Assembly (NCBI GenBank): GCA_021621525.1 | Contig: JAJVUU010000001.1 | Span: forward strand, 1 to 57,087 | DNA: 57,087 nucleotides | Origin: Bacillales bacterium | Lineage (GTDB): Bacteria > Bacillota_I > Bacilli_A > RFN20 > CAG-288 | Direction: 5' to 3' | Shown: piece after piece, positions 1 through 10,249 of the stretch | How positions within the stretch are numbered: the stretch's first letter is position 1 | Layout: every line of letters starts with the position of its first letter | Position numbers and translations under genes: made by a program | The notes under the pieces: model-generated | Database searches by the model: none | What the model was told of the DNA's origin: nothing | The model's input: only the letters and a program-made list of their open reading frames with translations

Positions 1-161
1 AGCTACGCCTATTGGGACTTTCACCCTAGAGCAATGGCATGCCCATCATACAGAAAAAAGCCACCGATTAAGGTGACTTGATATGAGCAAACTACTTTAA
101 AGATAGTTTGCCTTCCAATGCGACAAACTCTCTACAGATATAGAAAGTTCGCATGAAATTA

Positions 162-174
162 CGATGGCGGAGCA
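162..174 (-). repeat. tRNA-Ser 3'-end fragment, copy A (att-like direct repeat)
   Basis: The + strand reads CGATGGCGGAGCA, identical to 809..821 and 2314..2326. This is the acceptor 3' strand plus CCA of the intact tRNA-Ser at 2317..2408. The flanking bases no longer fold as a T-arm. Confidence 0.6.
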
Positions 175-214
175 AAACAGGATTTATTCGAACCCCTTAT
201 CGCTCCTAATGTGA

Positions 215-460
215 TCACATGGAATGAACGATTACGATATGCTTTTGAGAATCGACACGATAAACAAGCCGATGCTGAATATTGATTCTACGAGAATAGT
301 ATCCGTTCAAATCTCCAACAAGTTTTTCATAAGAAGGAGGTGTCTGAAACGGGTTTTCGGATAGCAATGTCAGCAAAATCTTGGTTTTCTTCTCTAAACC
401 GGTTGCTTTTAATTTCGGTTTGTCTTTTTCAGCATTTTTGGTAAAAAGGACAGTCCACAT
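215..460 (-). CDS. yoeB: YoeB/Txe-family toxin (RelE fold) of a type II TA pair
   Basis: 81 aa. The segment ...GYYSRRINIQHRLVYRVD...IVIVHSM matches the YoeB signature. The start codon directly abuts the antitoxin stop (TAAATG). Confidence 0.8.
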   Translation of the reverse strand: MWTVLFTKNAEKDKPKLKATGLEKKTKILLTLLSENPFQTPPSYEKLVGDLNGYYSRRINIQHRLVYRVDSQKHIVIVHSM

Positions 461-712
461 TTACCATTCCTCATTCGGACTGAATTTAGCCATTTCGGAT
501 GTTTTTTCCCTTTCCCCTTCCTTGATCTTAGAAACCAATCCAGGCTGAGACATCAAGCAAACCGTCTCCAAAAGTGCATTGTAATCTTCTTCACTTAAAA
601 GAACTGCATTTCCATTTTTTGTAGTCACTTGGACCGGCTCGTTGTATTTAATAACGGAATCAATGGTATTGAACAGGTTCTTTCTTAATTCAGTAACATT
701 TGTTGTTCCCAT
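461..712 (-). CDS. yefM: Phd/YefM-family antitoxin
   Basis: 83 aa counted from ATG 712, with an AGAGGTGG SD about 7 nt upstream. The track's GTG at 721 touches the SD and is unlikely. The N-terminus VTELRKNLFNTIDSV..PVQVTTKNGNAVLLSEEDYNALLET is typical YefM. Confidence 0.8.
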   Translation of the reverse strand: MGTTNVTELRKNLFNTIDSVIKYNEPVQVTTKNGNAVLLSEEDYNALLETVCLMSQPGLVSKIKEGEREKTSEMAKFSPNEEW

Positions 713-730
713 ACTTTCCACCTCTTTATG

Positions 731-765
731 ATTATACAGGAAAGAACGTACATTATCAAGTACGT
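731..765 (-). promoter_or_regulatory. TA promoter with overlapping palindromic operator
   Basis: Read on the minus strand: -35 TTGATA (754..759), a 17-nt spacer, and -10 TATAAT (731..736). The inverted repeat ACGTAC-N8-GTACGT (746..765) overlaps the -35. Confidence 0.55.
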
Positions 766-775
766 CAAATGATTG

Positions 776-822
776 AAAAAGAAAACACGGATTTCTCCGT
801 GCTATTTTCGATGGCGGAGCAG
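776..822 (-). repeat. tRNA-Ser 3' end plus terminator, copy B (att-like direct repeat)
   Basis: This ~47-nt stretch aligns with 2281..2327. It has the same CACGGA..TCCGTG hairpin (786..801 versus 2291..2306) and the same CGATGGCGGAGCAG core (809..822 versus 2314..2327). Confidence 0.65.
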
Positions 823-923
823 TAGTGTATTTTTCCGAACTGTCTTAAAAACTTCATAACTATGAAAAGTCCGTAATGTCGTAATGTGGTGTTTTCCCTT
901 TTAATTCTTGTTTAAACCCACTC

Positions 924-2165
924 TCAGATATCCAGGCTGTTCTTATTCAAGAGGAATTCCTTTATTCCGATAACAGAAATTCCTTCTTCCGTTATCCACG
1001 GCTTAATACTATCCTTGACCACGATTATTTTCTTGAAATTATCCGGTACATTCAGCAGTGGTCTTTCTTCCTGAATTGTCTTCTCTCTTGTGTCTAGCGA
1101 CAATGATGACTGTATGTAATACCGCTTATTGAACTGGTTGCACACAAAATCGATTTCCACCTGTTTCTTGTCGTTTCCTTCCCGGATTGGCAAAACACCT
1201 ACATCCACATTGTATCCGCGGAATAAGAGTTCGTTGAATAGGATGTTTTCCATGATATGATTTTCTTCCTGCTGTCTGAAATTCAATCTTGAATTTCTTA
1301 ACCCGATATCAGAAAAATAAAACTTAAAGGGAGTATGAATGTACTTTTTCCCTTTGATGTCATAGCGTTCCGATTTTTCAATCAAGAAAGAATCGAGCAG
1401 ATAACCCAGATATTTATTTATTGTATTTATGGATATATCTTTCACTCCGCTGCTGACATATGTGTTCAATAGTTTGTTGGGATTAGTAAGAGAACCGATG
1501 GAAGAAGATAGAATATTGACAAGGGAATCCAGGATGTCCGTTCTTTGAACCTTGTTTCTTTCAATGATGTCGGAGATGTATGTTTTTTCAAACAGCTGTT
1601 TTAGATAATGGCTTTTTTCGGCTTCGTCCGCACAAAAAACAATTCTAGGCATACCTCCGTAAGTGACGTATTGTTGCCACGCTTCGTCTGTCGTCCCGTT
1701 AAAGGCGGAAGTGAATTCCGAAAAAGACAAAGGAAACACTCTGATCTCATCACCTCTTCCTCTAAACTCCGTAACAATATCAGAAGACAGGAATTTAGAA
1801 TTGCTTCCTGTCACATAAACATCCAGATTCCGAATATGCAGGAACCCATTCAAAACGGACTCGAAGTCATCAACTTTCTGAACTTCATCCAACAAAAGAT
1901 AATACATTCGATCATCCTGGATTAGATTTCTGACATATTCATCTAATACATCAGGATTCCGGTACTTTTCGTTTCTTCTTTCATCCAGGTCCAATTTAAT
2001 GATATGGTCTTCTTGTACCTTTTCCCCTATCAAATAATCTTTAAGCAAAGGATCAAGCAAGAAAGATTTTCCACATCTTCTTATACCCGTAACAATTTTG
2101 ACAAGACCATTGCCTCTTTTATTAATCAGTTTCTGTAAATAGGAATCTCTTTCTATGATTTGCAT
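924..2165 (-). CDS. AAA-type ATPase (AAA_14 N-domain with a DUF4143-like C-domain)
   Basis: 413 aa. Walker A is GIRRCGKSFLL and Walker B is YLLLDEVQ. Size and layout are typical of the widespread DUF4143 ATPases. Confidence 0.7.
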   Translation of the reverse strand: MQIIERDSYLQKLINKRGNGLVKIVTGIRRCGKSFLLDPLLKDYLIGEKVQEDHIIKLDLDERRNEKYRNPDVLDEYVRNLIQDDRMYYLLLDEVQKVDDFESVLNGFLHIRNLDVYVTGSNSKFLSSDIVTEFRGRGDEIRVFPLSFSEFTSAFNGTTDEAWQQYVTYGGMPRIVFCADEAEKSHYLKQLFEKTYISDIIERNKVQRTDILDSLVNILSSSIGSLTNPNKLLNTYVSSGVKDISINTINKYLGYLLDSFLIEKSERYDIKGKKYIHTPFKFYFSDIGLRNSRLNFRQQEENHIMENILFNELLFRGYNVDVGVLPIREGNDKKQVEIDFVCNQFNKRYYIQSSLSLDTREKTIQEERPLLNVPDNFKKIIVVKDSIKPWITEEGISVIGIKEFLLNKNSLDI

Positions 2166-2215
2166 AAAGCCTCCACTGAATATTTATTCCGCATACGTAA
2201 GAATTTTTCAATAGC

Positions 2216-2245
2216 ATTATAATTAAACTTACCTATTTTTATCAA
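2216..2245 (-). promoter_or_regulatory. Sigma-A-type promoter of the ATPase gene
   Basis: On the minus strand: -35 TTGATA (2240..2245), an 18-nt spacer, and -10 TATAAT (2216..2221). A GGAGG SD precedes ATG 2165. Confidence 0.55.
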
Positions 2246-2280
2246 GAAAACTCCATATAAAGTCGTTTATGTGAGTGAAA

Positions 2281-2306
2281 AAATAAAAAACACGGATTCC
2301 TCCGTG
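2281..2306 (-). terminator. Intrinsic terminator after tRNA-Ser
   Basis: On the minus strand the hairpin CACGGAGGAATCCGTG is followed by TTTTTTATTT. Confidence 0.7.
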
Positions 2307-2316
2307 TGATTTACGA

Positions 2317-2408
2317 TGGCGGAGCAGGGGAGATTTGAACTCCCGCCAGGTTATTCGCCTGCTGACGGTTTTCAAGACCGTTCTCTTCAGCCGCTTGAGT
2401 ACTGCTCC
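2317..2408 (-). tRNA. tRNA-Ser (anticodon UGA), type II with long variable arm, CCA encoded
   Basis: Hand-folded. The acceptor stem is GGAGCAG/CTGCTCC. The anticodon stem is ACGGT/ACCGT with loop CT-TGA-AA. There is a long variable arm, a T-arm GGGAG-TTCAAAT-CTCCC, discriminator G and CCA. Confidence 0.85.
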
Positions 2409-2410
2409 GT

Positions 2411-2442
2411 AAACAAAAATCTCCCAAGAACATCTTGGGAGA
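2411..2442 (-). terminator. Terminator-like hairpin between tRNA-Val and tRNA-Ser
   Basis: On the minus strand the stem TCTCCCAAG / CTTGGGAGA (5-nt loop) is followed by TTTTTGTTT. It ends 2 nt before the tRNA-Ser 5' end. Confidence 0.55.
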
Positions 2443-2457
2443 ATTTCATGCTTTGAA

Positions 2458-2533
2458 TGGTGGGCACTACAGGGCTCGAACCTGTGACCTTCCGCACGTC
2501 AAGCGGATGCTCTCCCAGCTGAGCTAAATGCCC
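2458..2533 (-). tRNA. tRNA-Val (anticodon GAC), CCA encoded
   Basis: Hand-folded 76 nt. The acceptor stem is GGGCATT/AGTGCCC and the D-arm is GCTC-AGCTGGGA-GAGC. The anticodon stem is TCCGC/GCGGA with loop TT-GAC-GT. The T-arm is ACAGG-TTCGAGC-CCTGT. Confidence 0.85.
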
Positions 2534-2544
2534 AAAGCTTGAAT

Positions 2545-2573
2545 ATTCTACCGAAGGGCAAGGCTGATGTCAA
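2545..2573 (-). promoter_or_regulatory. Near-consensus promoter of the tRNA-Val/tRNA-Ser unit
   Basis: On the minus strand: -35 TTGACA (2568..2573), a 17-nt spacer, and -10 TAGAAT (2545..2550). It lies 11 nt upstream of the tRNA-Val 5' end. Confidence 0.7.
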
Positions 2574-2665
2574 CAGATTTTTTCACTTTTCGAAAAAACC
2601 TCATCCAAGCAAAGGGCAGGCCTACCTCCATGACAACCTTATACCAACACAAATCCATTGTTTTT

Positions 2666-2674
2666 TGCTATAGT
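2666..2674 (+). promoter_or_regulatory. Extended -10 promoter of the atp operon, positioned for a leaderless transcript
   Basis: The element is TGcTATAGT (2666..2674). ATG 2681 starts 7 nt after the -10, and there is no SD in between. Confidence 0.4.
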
Positions 2675-2680
2675 ATTGGT

Positions 2681-3091
2681 ATGGACAGACAGAAAAGAAA
2701 CCTCATCATCACATTCTCTTCCTTATATATGGTATTACTCATCGCCGTCATCGTTTTATGTTGCCTGAGGCTATTCGGATATGCCATACTCACGATCGTA
2801 CCGGCTCCTTTCCTGATTCCTATATTCCTTACCTTCTATAAAGTACCGAAGAAAACCAACAGGCATGTCTTCCTTCTGGTTCTTTCCATCATCGGAAGAT
2901 ATCTGTTGGACATCCTTGCCATCCTCATACCGGCCCTGCTTTGGTATTACATTCCGTACCTAAAGGAAAATGTCGCGTCGATTTTTCTTCTTATCCCTTT
3001 TCTTGAAGTGATTTTTATCTATAATATTGTTGCTGTTTTGTATATTATCCAATCCAAAGCCGATATCAAGAGGACGAATAAAAAAGAATGA
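2681..3091 (+). CDS. Small polytopic membrane protein in the AtpI position (ATP synthase protein I-like)
   Basis: 136 aa from ATG 2681 with about four hydrophobic helices. Its stop overlaps the atpB start. The longer track ORF starting at 2567 would run through the tRNA promoter. Confidence 0.5.
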   Translation: MDRQKRNLIITFSSLYMVLLIAVIVLCCLRLFGYAILTIVPAPFLIPIFLTFYKVPKKTNRHVFLLVLSIIGRYLLDILAILIPALLWYYIPYLKENVASIFLLIPFLEVIFIYNIVAVLYIIQSKADIKRTNKKE

Positions 3092-3903
3092 ACTTCGATA
3101 ACGTCTTAAATCCAGAATTTGCCAAGATGATTTCTCCCGAATTCCTCGTGAGCATGGTGACGATGCTTATCATCATCATTCTTTCGTTTGTCATCTATTT
3201 CAAGCAAAAGAATGTCGATCCCCTTGAAAAGCCAAAAGGTATCGTCAATATCGCAGAGACCGTCATCGACTGGGCAGACAAACAGGTCAACGGCCTGATG
3301 CATTGTCCTAGATGGTTTGGCAACTTTGCCGGATATATCATGCCTTTGTTCATGTATATCTTCATCGGATTCTTCATCGGTATGATGGGCATTCCGAATT
3401 TCTTCTTCATCGGAAGCAAGGCGGATGGTTACATCTACAATGAAACCAGATTGTTCACTGCCCTTCCCAATCCGTTTACGAACCTTGCCTTCACCCTCTC
3501 CATCAGCTTCATCACCGTCGTGATGATCGAAGCTACCAAATTGAGGGCTCAGAAGTTCAACTATTGGAAGCAGTTCGTCTTCACCTTCCCTCCTCTCATT
3601 CCTCTTGTCACGAACTTCTCACCGATGATTTCCTTAGGAATCAGGTTGTTCGGCAACTCCTTTGCCGGATACTGCATCATGACTCTTCTCTATAACGCAT
3701 TGGCAAACATCGGTGGAGGATTCGGTCTCATTGCCGGTCCTGTCATCATGCCTTTCATGCATGCTTACTTCGACGCTTTCAGCGGTTTCATACAGTCGTT
3801 GGTCTTCGTGATGATCACCATGATGGACATAGCACAGGAAGCACCATCAGAGGAATCTCAGGAAGAGATGGCCAAAGCTACCACTCTCAAAGCATCAATG
3901 TAA
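3088..3903 (+). CDS. atpB: F0F1 ATP synthase subunit a
   Basis: 271 aa and polytopic. It carries the conserved LGIRLFGNSFAG motif (essential Arg) and sits in the expected operon position. Confidence 0.9.
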   Translation: MNFDNVLNPEFAKMISPEFLVSMVTMLIIIILSFVIYFKQKNVDPLEKPKGIVNIAETVIDWADKQVNGLMHCPRWFGNFAGYIMPLFMYIFIGFFIGMMGIPNFFFIGSKADGYIYNETRLFTALPNPFTNLAFTLSISFITVVMIEATKLRAQKFNYWKQFVFTFPPLIPLVTNFSPMISLGIRLFGNSFAGYCIMTLLYNALANIGGGFGLIAGPVIMPFMHAYFDAFSGFIQSLVFVMITMMDIAQEAPSEESQEEMAKATTLKASM

Positions 3904-3932
3904 GAAGCCAGTGAATCTAAAGGAGGCTTATC

Positions 3933-4235
3933 ATGAATTTATTGAATCAGTTGGTCGTATTAGCGGAAGGCGCAGCCGATAACGCCTACACTGCAGCCGG
4001 ATTTCTCTATCTCGGCGTCGGCATCATCCTTATCGGTATGTCTATGTCTTCCATCGCCGAAGGCCTTGTCTGCTCTTCTGCATTGAAGGGTATGGCCAGA
4101 AACCCGGAAGCATCCGGAACCCTCCGTTCCAGTATGATTTTGGGCGTTTCCCTCTGCGAGACCGTCGCCATCTACGGCTTGGTCTTAGCCATTCTTCTCA
4201 TCTTCGTTGCAGGTCCTGGTTCTTTCGGCGCCTAA
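3933..4235 (+). CDS. atpE: F0F1 ATP synthase subunit c
   Basis: 100 aa forming a helical hairpin. It has the loop motif ARNPE and the carboxylate in LCETVAIYGLV. A GGAGG SD precedes it. Confidence 0.9.
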   Translation: MNLLNQLVVLAEGAADNAYTAAGFLYLGVGIILIGMSMSSIAEGLVCSSALKGMARNPEASGTLRSSMILGVSLCETVAIYGLVLAILLIFVAGPGSFGA

Positions 4236-4248
4236 AGAAAGGAACAAG

Positions 4249-4842
4249 ATGAAGAAGAAGTTCAAAGCTTCGTTACTTTTCATCGCTTCCACCCTGGTAT
4301 TGACTTCCTGCGATACCTCCGGCATTACGGGGTCCATTTCCGATGCTGTCGCAAATGCACTTCCCAATCTTTGGATTACCCTGACCCAGCTTGGCGCATT
4401 CCTGGTCATGGTATTCGTCTTCTTTAAGTTTGCCTTCAAACCGATCAAGGCAAAGCTCAAGGCAAGACAGGATGCCGTCGAAAAGAACATCCAGGATGCA
4501 GCGTGCGCAAAACGATACGCCGATGCCGACAGAGAGACGGCTGCACAGAACATCAAGAACAGCCGTGTCCAGGCTCAGCAGATTGTCGATGATGCTTCCA
4601 AGGAAGCCACTGTCAAAGCAGATGCCATCCTTGCCAAAGCCAATGCCGATGCCGATAACATCCGCGCACAAGGCGAAAAGGATGCTGCCGAAAGGCAGAA
4701 GCAGATTGACCGTCAGGCTCACAACCTCATCGTCAACACCGCCATCGATGCTTCCAAGCAGATCTTGGGCCGTGAAATCAACGAAGAAGATAACGAAAAG
4801 GTAGTCAATGACTTCCTTAACCAGATGAAGAAAGAAGATTAA
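4249..4842 (+). CDS. atpF: F0F1 ATP synthase subunit b with a lipoprotein-type signal peptide
   Basis: 197 aa from ATG 4249. It begins MKKKFKASLLFIASTLVLTSC (lipobox LTSC), followed by a TM helix and a long charged A/K/D/Q-rich helix typical of subunit b. Confidence 0.85.
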   Translation: MKKKFKASLLFIASTLVLTSCDTSGITGSISDAVANALPNLWITLTQLGAFLVMVFVFFKFAFKPIKAKLKARQDAVEKNIQDAACAKRYADADRETAAQNIKNSRVQAQQIVDDASKEATVKADAILAKANADADNIRAQGEKDAAERQKQIDRQAHNLIVNTAIDASKQILGREINEEDNEKVVNDFLNQMKKED

Positions 4843-4846
4843 TCCT

Positions 4847-5386
4847 ATGAATCATTCCCTTCTGAAACATTATGCCGCTGCTTTTTTCTCCCTTGGCAAG
4901 GAGAAGGACAGGATTCAGACCTTCCAGAAAGATCTGACATTCTTTTCCGATGTCTTCAGAAAGGAACCTGAGACAGTCAAATTCCTTTCCTCTCCGATGG
5001 TGACCAAGGATGAGAAGGACAAGCTTCTTGATGAAGCCATCAAGCCCTATGTCGATATTGCATCCTATGGTTTCCTTCAGGTCATCATCAAGAAGAAGGT
5101 CATCTCATACTTCCAGGAGATAAAAGAGAATTTCGACCACCTCTTCCACGAAGATCAGGGAATCCTCGAAGGAAGGGTCTATACGCCTTTTGAATTATCG
5201 GAAGAGACACTATCAAAACTATCCGATGTGTTCTCAAAGAAATATCAGAAGAAAGTCGTCTTCAAGGTCTTGATCGACAAAAAAGTCCTCGGTGGCATGA
5301 AAGTCTATGTCAACGACACTCTCTATGATTACTCCTTGGACAGCAAACTGAATCAGATACGTCAAAGACTCGTCGTGCAGGATTAG
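4847..5386 (+). CDS. atpH: F0F1 ATP synthase subunit delta (OSCP)
   Basis: 179 aa located between atpF and atpA. The N-terminus ..[12 protein letters not shown].. and the segment [14 protein letters not shown] are OSCP-like. Confidence 0.85.
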   Translation: MNHSLLKHYAAAFFSLGKEKDRIQTFQKDLTFFSDVFRKEPETVKFLSSPMVTKDEKDKLLDEAIKPYVDIASYGFLQVIIKKKVISYFQEIKENFDHLFHEDQGILEGRVYTPFELSEETLSKLSDVFSKKYQKKVVFKVLIDKKVLGGMKVYVNDTLYDYSLDSKLNQIRQRLVVQD

Positions 5387-5397
5387 GAGGCAAAGCC

Positions 5398-6900
5398 ATG
5401 GCAGATATTGATCAAATCAGCAATCTCATCAAGAAAGAAATCAGTTCCTACGAAGACAAGATTGAAACAAGCGATGTCGGAACCGTCGTTTCCGTCGGCG
5501 ATGGTATCGCCACCATCTATGGTCTTGACAAAGCCATGTACGGTGAGCTTCTCGAGTTCCCGAACCATGTCTACGGCATGGTCATGAACCTGAATGAAGA
5601 CAGCGTAGGATGCGTCTTGCTTGGCAAAGATACAAGCGTATTCGAAGGTGATCCTGTCAAACTCACCGGAAAAGTCGTCTCCGTTCCTGTCGGTGATGCC
5701 CTTTTGGGAAGAGTCGTCAACGCCCTCGGTGAACCGATTGACGGCAAAGGCGAAATCAACGCCGCCGATCATTTCCCCATCGAGGCTCCTGCTCCGAGCA
5801 TCATGTCCCGTGAGTCGGTCAACGAACCTTTAGAGACCGGCATCAAGGCCATCGATTCCATGATTCCGATTGGAAAGGGACAAAGAGAGCTTATCATCGG
5901 CGACAGACAGACTGGAAAGACTGCCATCGCCATCGATACCATCATCAATCAAAAAGGAAAAGATGTCATCTGCATCTATTGTGCCATCGGTCAGAAGAAT
6001 TCCACCATCGCACAGATTGTCTCCAAGCTGAAGGACCATGATGCCTTCGACTATACCGTGATTGTCAACGCCTCGGCCAGCGAATCCGCTCCTATGCTTT
6101 ATGTTGCACCTTATGCAGCAACCAGCATGGGTGAATACTGGGAGAAACAGGGCAAGGATGTCCTCATCATCTATGATGATTTAAGCAAACACGCCGTCAG
6201 CTATCGTGCCCTTTCCCTCCTTTTGAAGAGATCCCCGGGCCGTGAAGCCTATCCTGGCGACATCTTCTACCTCCATTCCAGACTTTTGGAAAGATCCTGC
6301 AAGCTCAACAAGGAGCACGGCGGAGGCTCTATGACCGCCCTTCCTATCGTCGAGACCCAGGCAGGTGATATTTCTGCTTATATTCCGACCAACGTCATTT
6401 CCATCACCGATGGTCAGATTTTCCTTACGACCGACTTGTTCAACCAAGGTCAGAGACCGGCCGTCGATTCCGGTCTTTCCGTTTCCCGTGTCGGTTCCTC
6501 TGCTCAAATCAAGGCAATGAAGAAGGTTGCCTCATCTTTGAAGATTGAGCTTGCCAACTATACCGAAATGCTGGACTTCTCCAGATTCGGTTCTGACCTT
6601 GACAGTACCACCAAAGGCATCCTCCAGCATGGTTCCATCCTTATGGAAGTTCTCAAGCAGAAGCAATATGCTCCTCTTTCCATGGAAGATGAAGTCATCG
6701 AAATCTATATTGCCCAGTCCCACAACATCGACAATTTGGAACTGAAGGAAGTCAATACCGCTCTTGAGAAGATTCGTTCTTTCATCCACGCCAACTTCCC
6801 GGATGTCTATACTTCCATCCATGACACCAAGCTTTTGAGCGAAGAAACCAAAAAGCATATCGATGATGCTACAAAGGCTGTTCTTGAAGGGCTTCATTAA
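5398..6900 (+). CDS. atpA: F0F1 ATP synthase subunit alpha
   Basis: 500 aa. It has the P-loop GDRQTGKTA and the conserved segment [27 protein letters not shown]. Confidence 0.95.
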   Translation: MADIDQISNLIKKEISSYEDKIETSDVGTVVSVGDGIATIYGLDKAMYGELLEFPNHVYGMVMNLNEDSVGCVLLGKDTSVFEGDPVKLTGKVVSVPVGDALLGRVVNALGEPIDGKGEINAADHFPIEAPAPSIMSRESVNEPLETGIKAIDSMIPIGKGQRELIIGDRQTGKTAIAIDTIINQKGKDVICIYCAIGQKNSTIAQIVSKLKDHDAFDYTVIVNASASESAPMLYVAPYAATSMGEYWEKQGKDVLIIYDDLSKHAVSYRALSLLLKRSPGREAYPGDIFYLHSRLLERSCKLNKEHGGGSMTALPIVETQAGDISAYIPTNVISITDGQIFLTTDLFNQGQRPAVDSGLSVSRVGSSAQIKAMKKVASSLKIELANYTEMLDFSRFGSDLDSTTKGILQHGSILMEVLKQKQYAPLSMEDEVIEIYIAQSHNIDNLELKEVNTALEKIRSFIHANFPDVYTSIHDTKLLSEETKKHIDDATKAVLEGLH

Positions 6901-7778
6901 TGTCTGAATCCTTAGTCAATACCAAACGACGAATTGCCACCATCCGTTCCACCAAGAAGATCACCAAGGCGATGAAGCTTGTTGCCAGCGTGAAATATCA
7001 AAGATGGAAGAAAATGTACGAAGACAACTTCGCCTATGCCAACGCCATGAAGGAAACGATGAGCCGGACCATCTCCGGAATCGATTTTTCCGATTCCAAA
7101 AAACCGGAAGCCATGGTTTCCTACGAAACAGGGAAGAGCCTCTACATCGTCGTCTCCTCATCCCTGGGTCTTTGCGGAGCATACAACTACAACCTCTTCA
7201 AAGCTCTCGACCCTGTCTTGAAAGATGAAGATGAAATCATGTACATCGGTCAGAAGGCAGCCACCCATTTTGCCAATTCCGCCCATAAGACCTATGATGA
7301 CTTCCAGAATCTTCTTGATTCGTTTTCCTATTCCGCCGTCAGAAGGCTGAGACATCTTCTTGTCAGGATGTATAAGACAGGCAATTATTCAAAAGTCGTC
7401 CTCGTCTATACCCAATATAAGAACTCATTGACCTTCCTGACGACCTTCCATACCCTCTTGCCGCTCATACCGGAAGAAGAAGGCATCGATGCCAAAAAGG
7501 AAGAAAGCCTTGAGACACCGCTCTTCGAACCAAATCTGGATGCCATACTCAATCAGATTCTTCCCCATTATCTGGATGCTTCCATCTATCAGAAATTGAT
7601 GGAATCTGAAATCAGCGAGCTGGCCAGCCGAAGAAACGCCATGGAAACCGCAACGGATTCCGCAGACAAGATCCAGGCTAAGCTACAGCTTGAATACAAC
7701 AAGGCTCGTCAGAACGCCATCACCCAGGAAATCACCGAGGTGGTCGCCGGCGCCAACGCCAGCAAAGAAGAAGAATAA
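6900..7778 (+). CDS. atpG: F0F1 ATP synthase subunit gamma
   Basis: 292 aa. The N-terminus is IRSTKKITKAMKLVA and the C-terminus is RQNAITQEITEVVAGA. Confidence 0.9.
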   Translation: MSESLVNTKRRIATIRSTKKITKAMKLVASVKYQRWKKMYEDNFAYANAMKETMSRTISGIDFSDSKKPEAMVSYETGKSLYIVVSSSLGLCGAYNYNLFKALDPVLKDEDEIMYIGQKAATHFANSAHKTYDDFQNLLDSFSYSAVRRLRHLLVRMYKTGNYSKVVLVYTQYKNSLTFLTTFHTLLPLIPEEEGIDAKKEESLETPLFEPNLDAILNQILPHYLDASIYQKLMESEISELASRRNAMETATDSADKIQAKLQLEYNKARQNAITQEITEVVAGANASKEEE

Positions 7779-7787
7779 GGAGGATAA

Positions 7788-9616
<1,829 letters not shown>

Positions 9617-9636
9617 TCCTATTTCAGTACATTTTC

Positions 9637-9680
9637 GGAAACGGATGAAACCTGAAAGCGTAATCCGTTTCCTTTTATTT
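9637..9680 (+). terminator. Intrinsic terminator of the atp operon
   Basis: A 10-bp stem GGAAACGGAT / ATCCGTTTCC is followed by TTTTATTT. Confidence 0.75.
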
Positions 9681-9721
9681 GAAAAGTGTTTATAATATGC
9701 TAGCAATTCAGGAGGTATCTT

Positions 9722-10207
9722 ATGAATTTTGACAACATCAGCTGGGATGAGTATTTTATGTCGATTGCCGTACTTTCCAGCCTGCGCAGCAAAGACCCTC
9801 ACACCAAAGTCGGTGCATGCATCGTCTCTGACAGACATAAGGTTCTCTCCCTAGGATATAACGGGATGCCTATCGGTGTGGATGACCACTGCATCCCATG
9901 GGAAGGAAAAGACTCCGGAAAGCCGGAGCTTGAGACAAAATACCCCTATGTATGCCATGCCGAACTCAATGCCATCCTCAATTCCAACCACGACCTGGAA
10001 GGTTCCACCCTCTATGTCACCCTCTTCCCCTGCAATGAATGCACAAAGGCTCTCATCCAGGCAGGCATCAAGAAGGTCATCTACCTGTCTGACAAATACC
10101 ACAACTGCGATGACGAAATCGCAGCAAGAAAAATGATGGATATGGCAAAGATCGAATACGTTCCCTACAAAGGGAAGGTACCCCATATCGAATTCAGGGA
10201 AGAATAA
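9722..10207 (+). CDS. comEB: Deoxycytidylate (dCMP) deaminase, ComEB family
   Basis: 161 aa. The zinc motifs are CHAELNAI and PCNECTKALIQAGIKKV. An AGGAGG SD is present, and a TATAAT lies at 9691..9696. Confidence 0.85.
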   Translation: MNFDNISWDEYFMSIAVLSSLRSKDPHTKVGACIVSDRHKVLSLGYNGMPIGVDDHCIPWEGKDSGKPELETKYPYVCHAELNAILNSNHDLEGSTLYVTLFPCNECTKALIQAGIKKVIYLSDKYHNCDDEIAARKMMDMAKIEYVPYKGKVPHIEFREE

Positions 10208-10249
10208 AGAAAAAATTGGATTCCTATAGACGAAACATCATGACAAGAT

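Noticed and set aside
1-111. An open frame runs in from the left edge and ends at TGA 79..81 (..AYWDFHPRAMACPSYRKKPPIKVT*). It is followed by the hairpin GCAAACTA/TAGTTTGC (87..111).
   Set aside because: Only 26 codons are visible, there is no recognisable motif, and the hairpin lacks a T-run. This is too little evidence to call a gene end or terminator.
215-2165. The TA pair plus AAA ATPase could be a novel defence system.
   Set aside because: YefM/YoeB is a standard type II TA module. The ATPase is of the very common DUF4143 type, with its own promoter, and is separated from the TA pair by a tRNA-fragment repeat. They look like two independent insertions, not one operon.
2567-2680. The track gives a longer N-terminus for the first atp-operon ORF, starting at 2567.
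   Set aside because: That region contains the near-consensus minus-strand promoter of the tRNA genes (2545..2573). The extra residues are not membrane-protein-like. ATG 2681 sits right after an extended -10.
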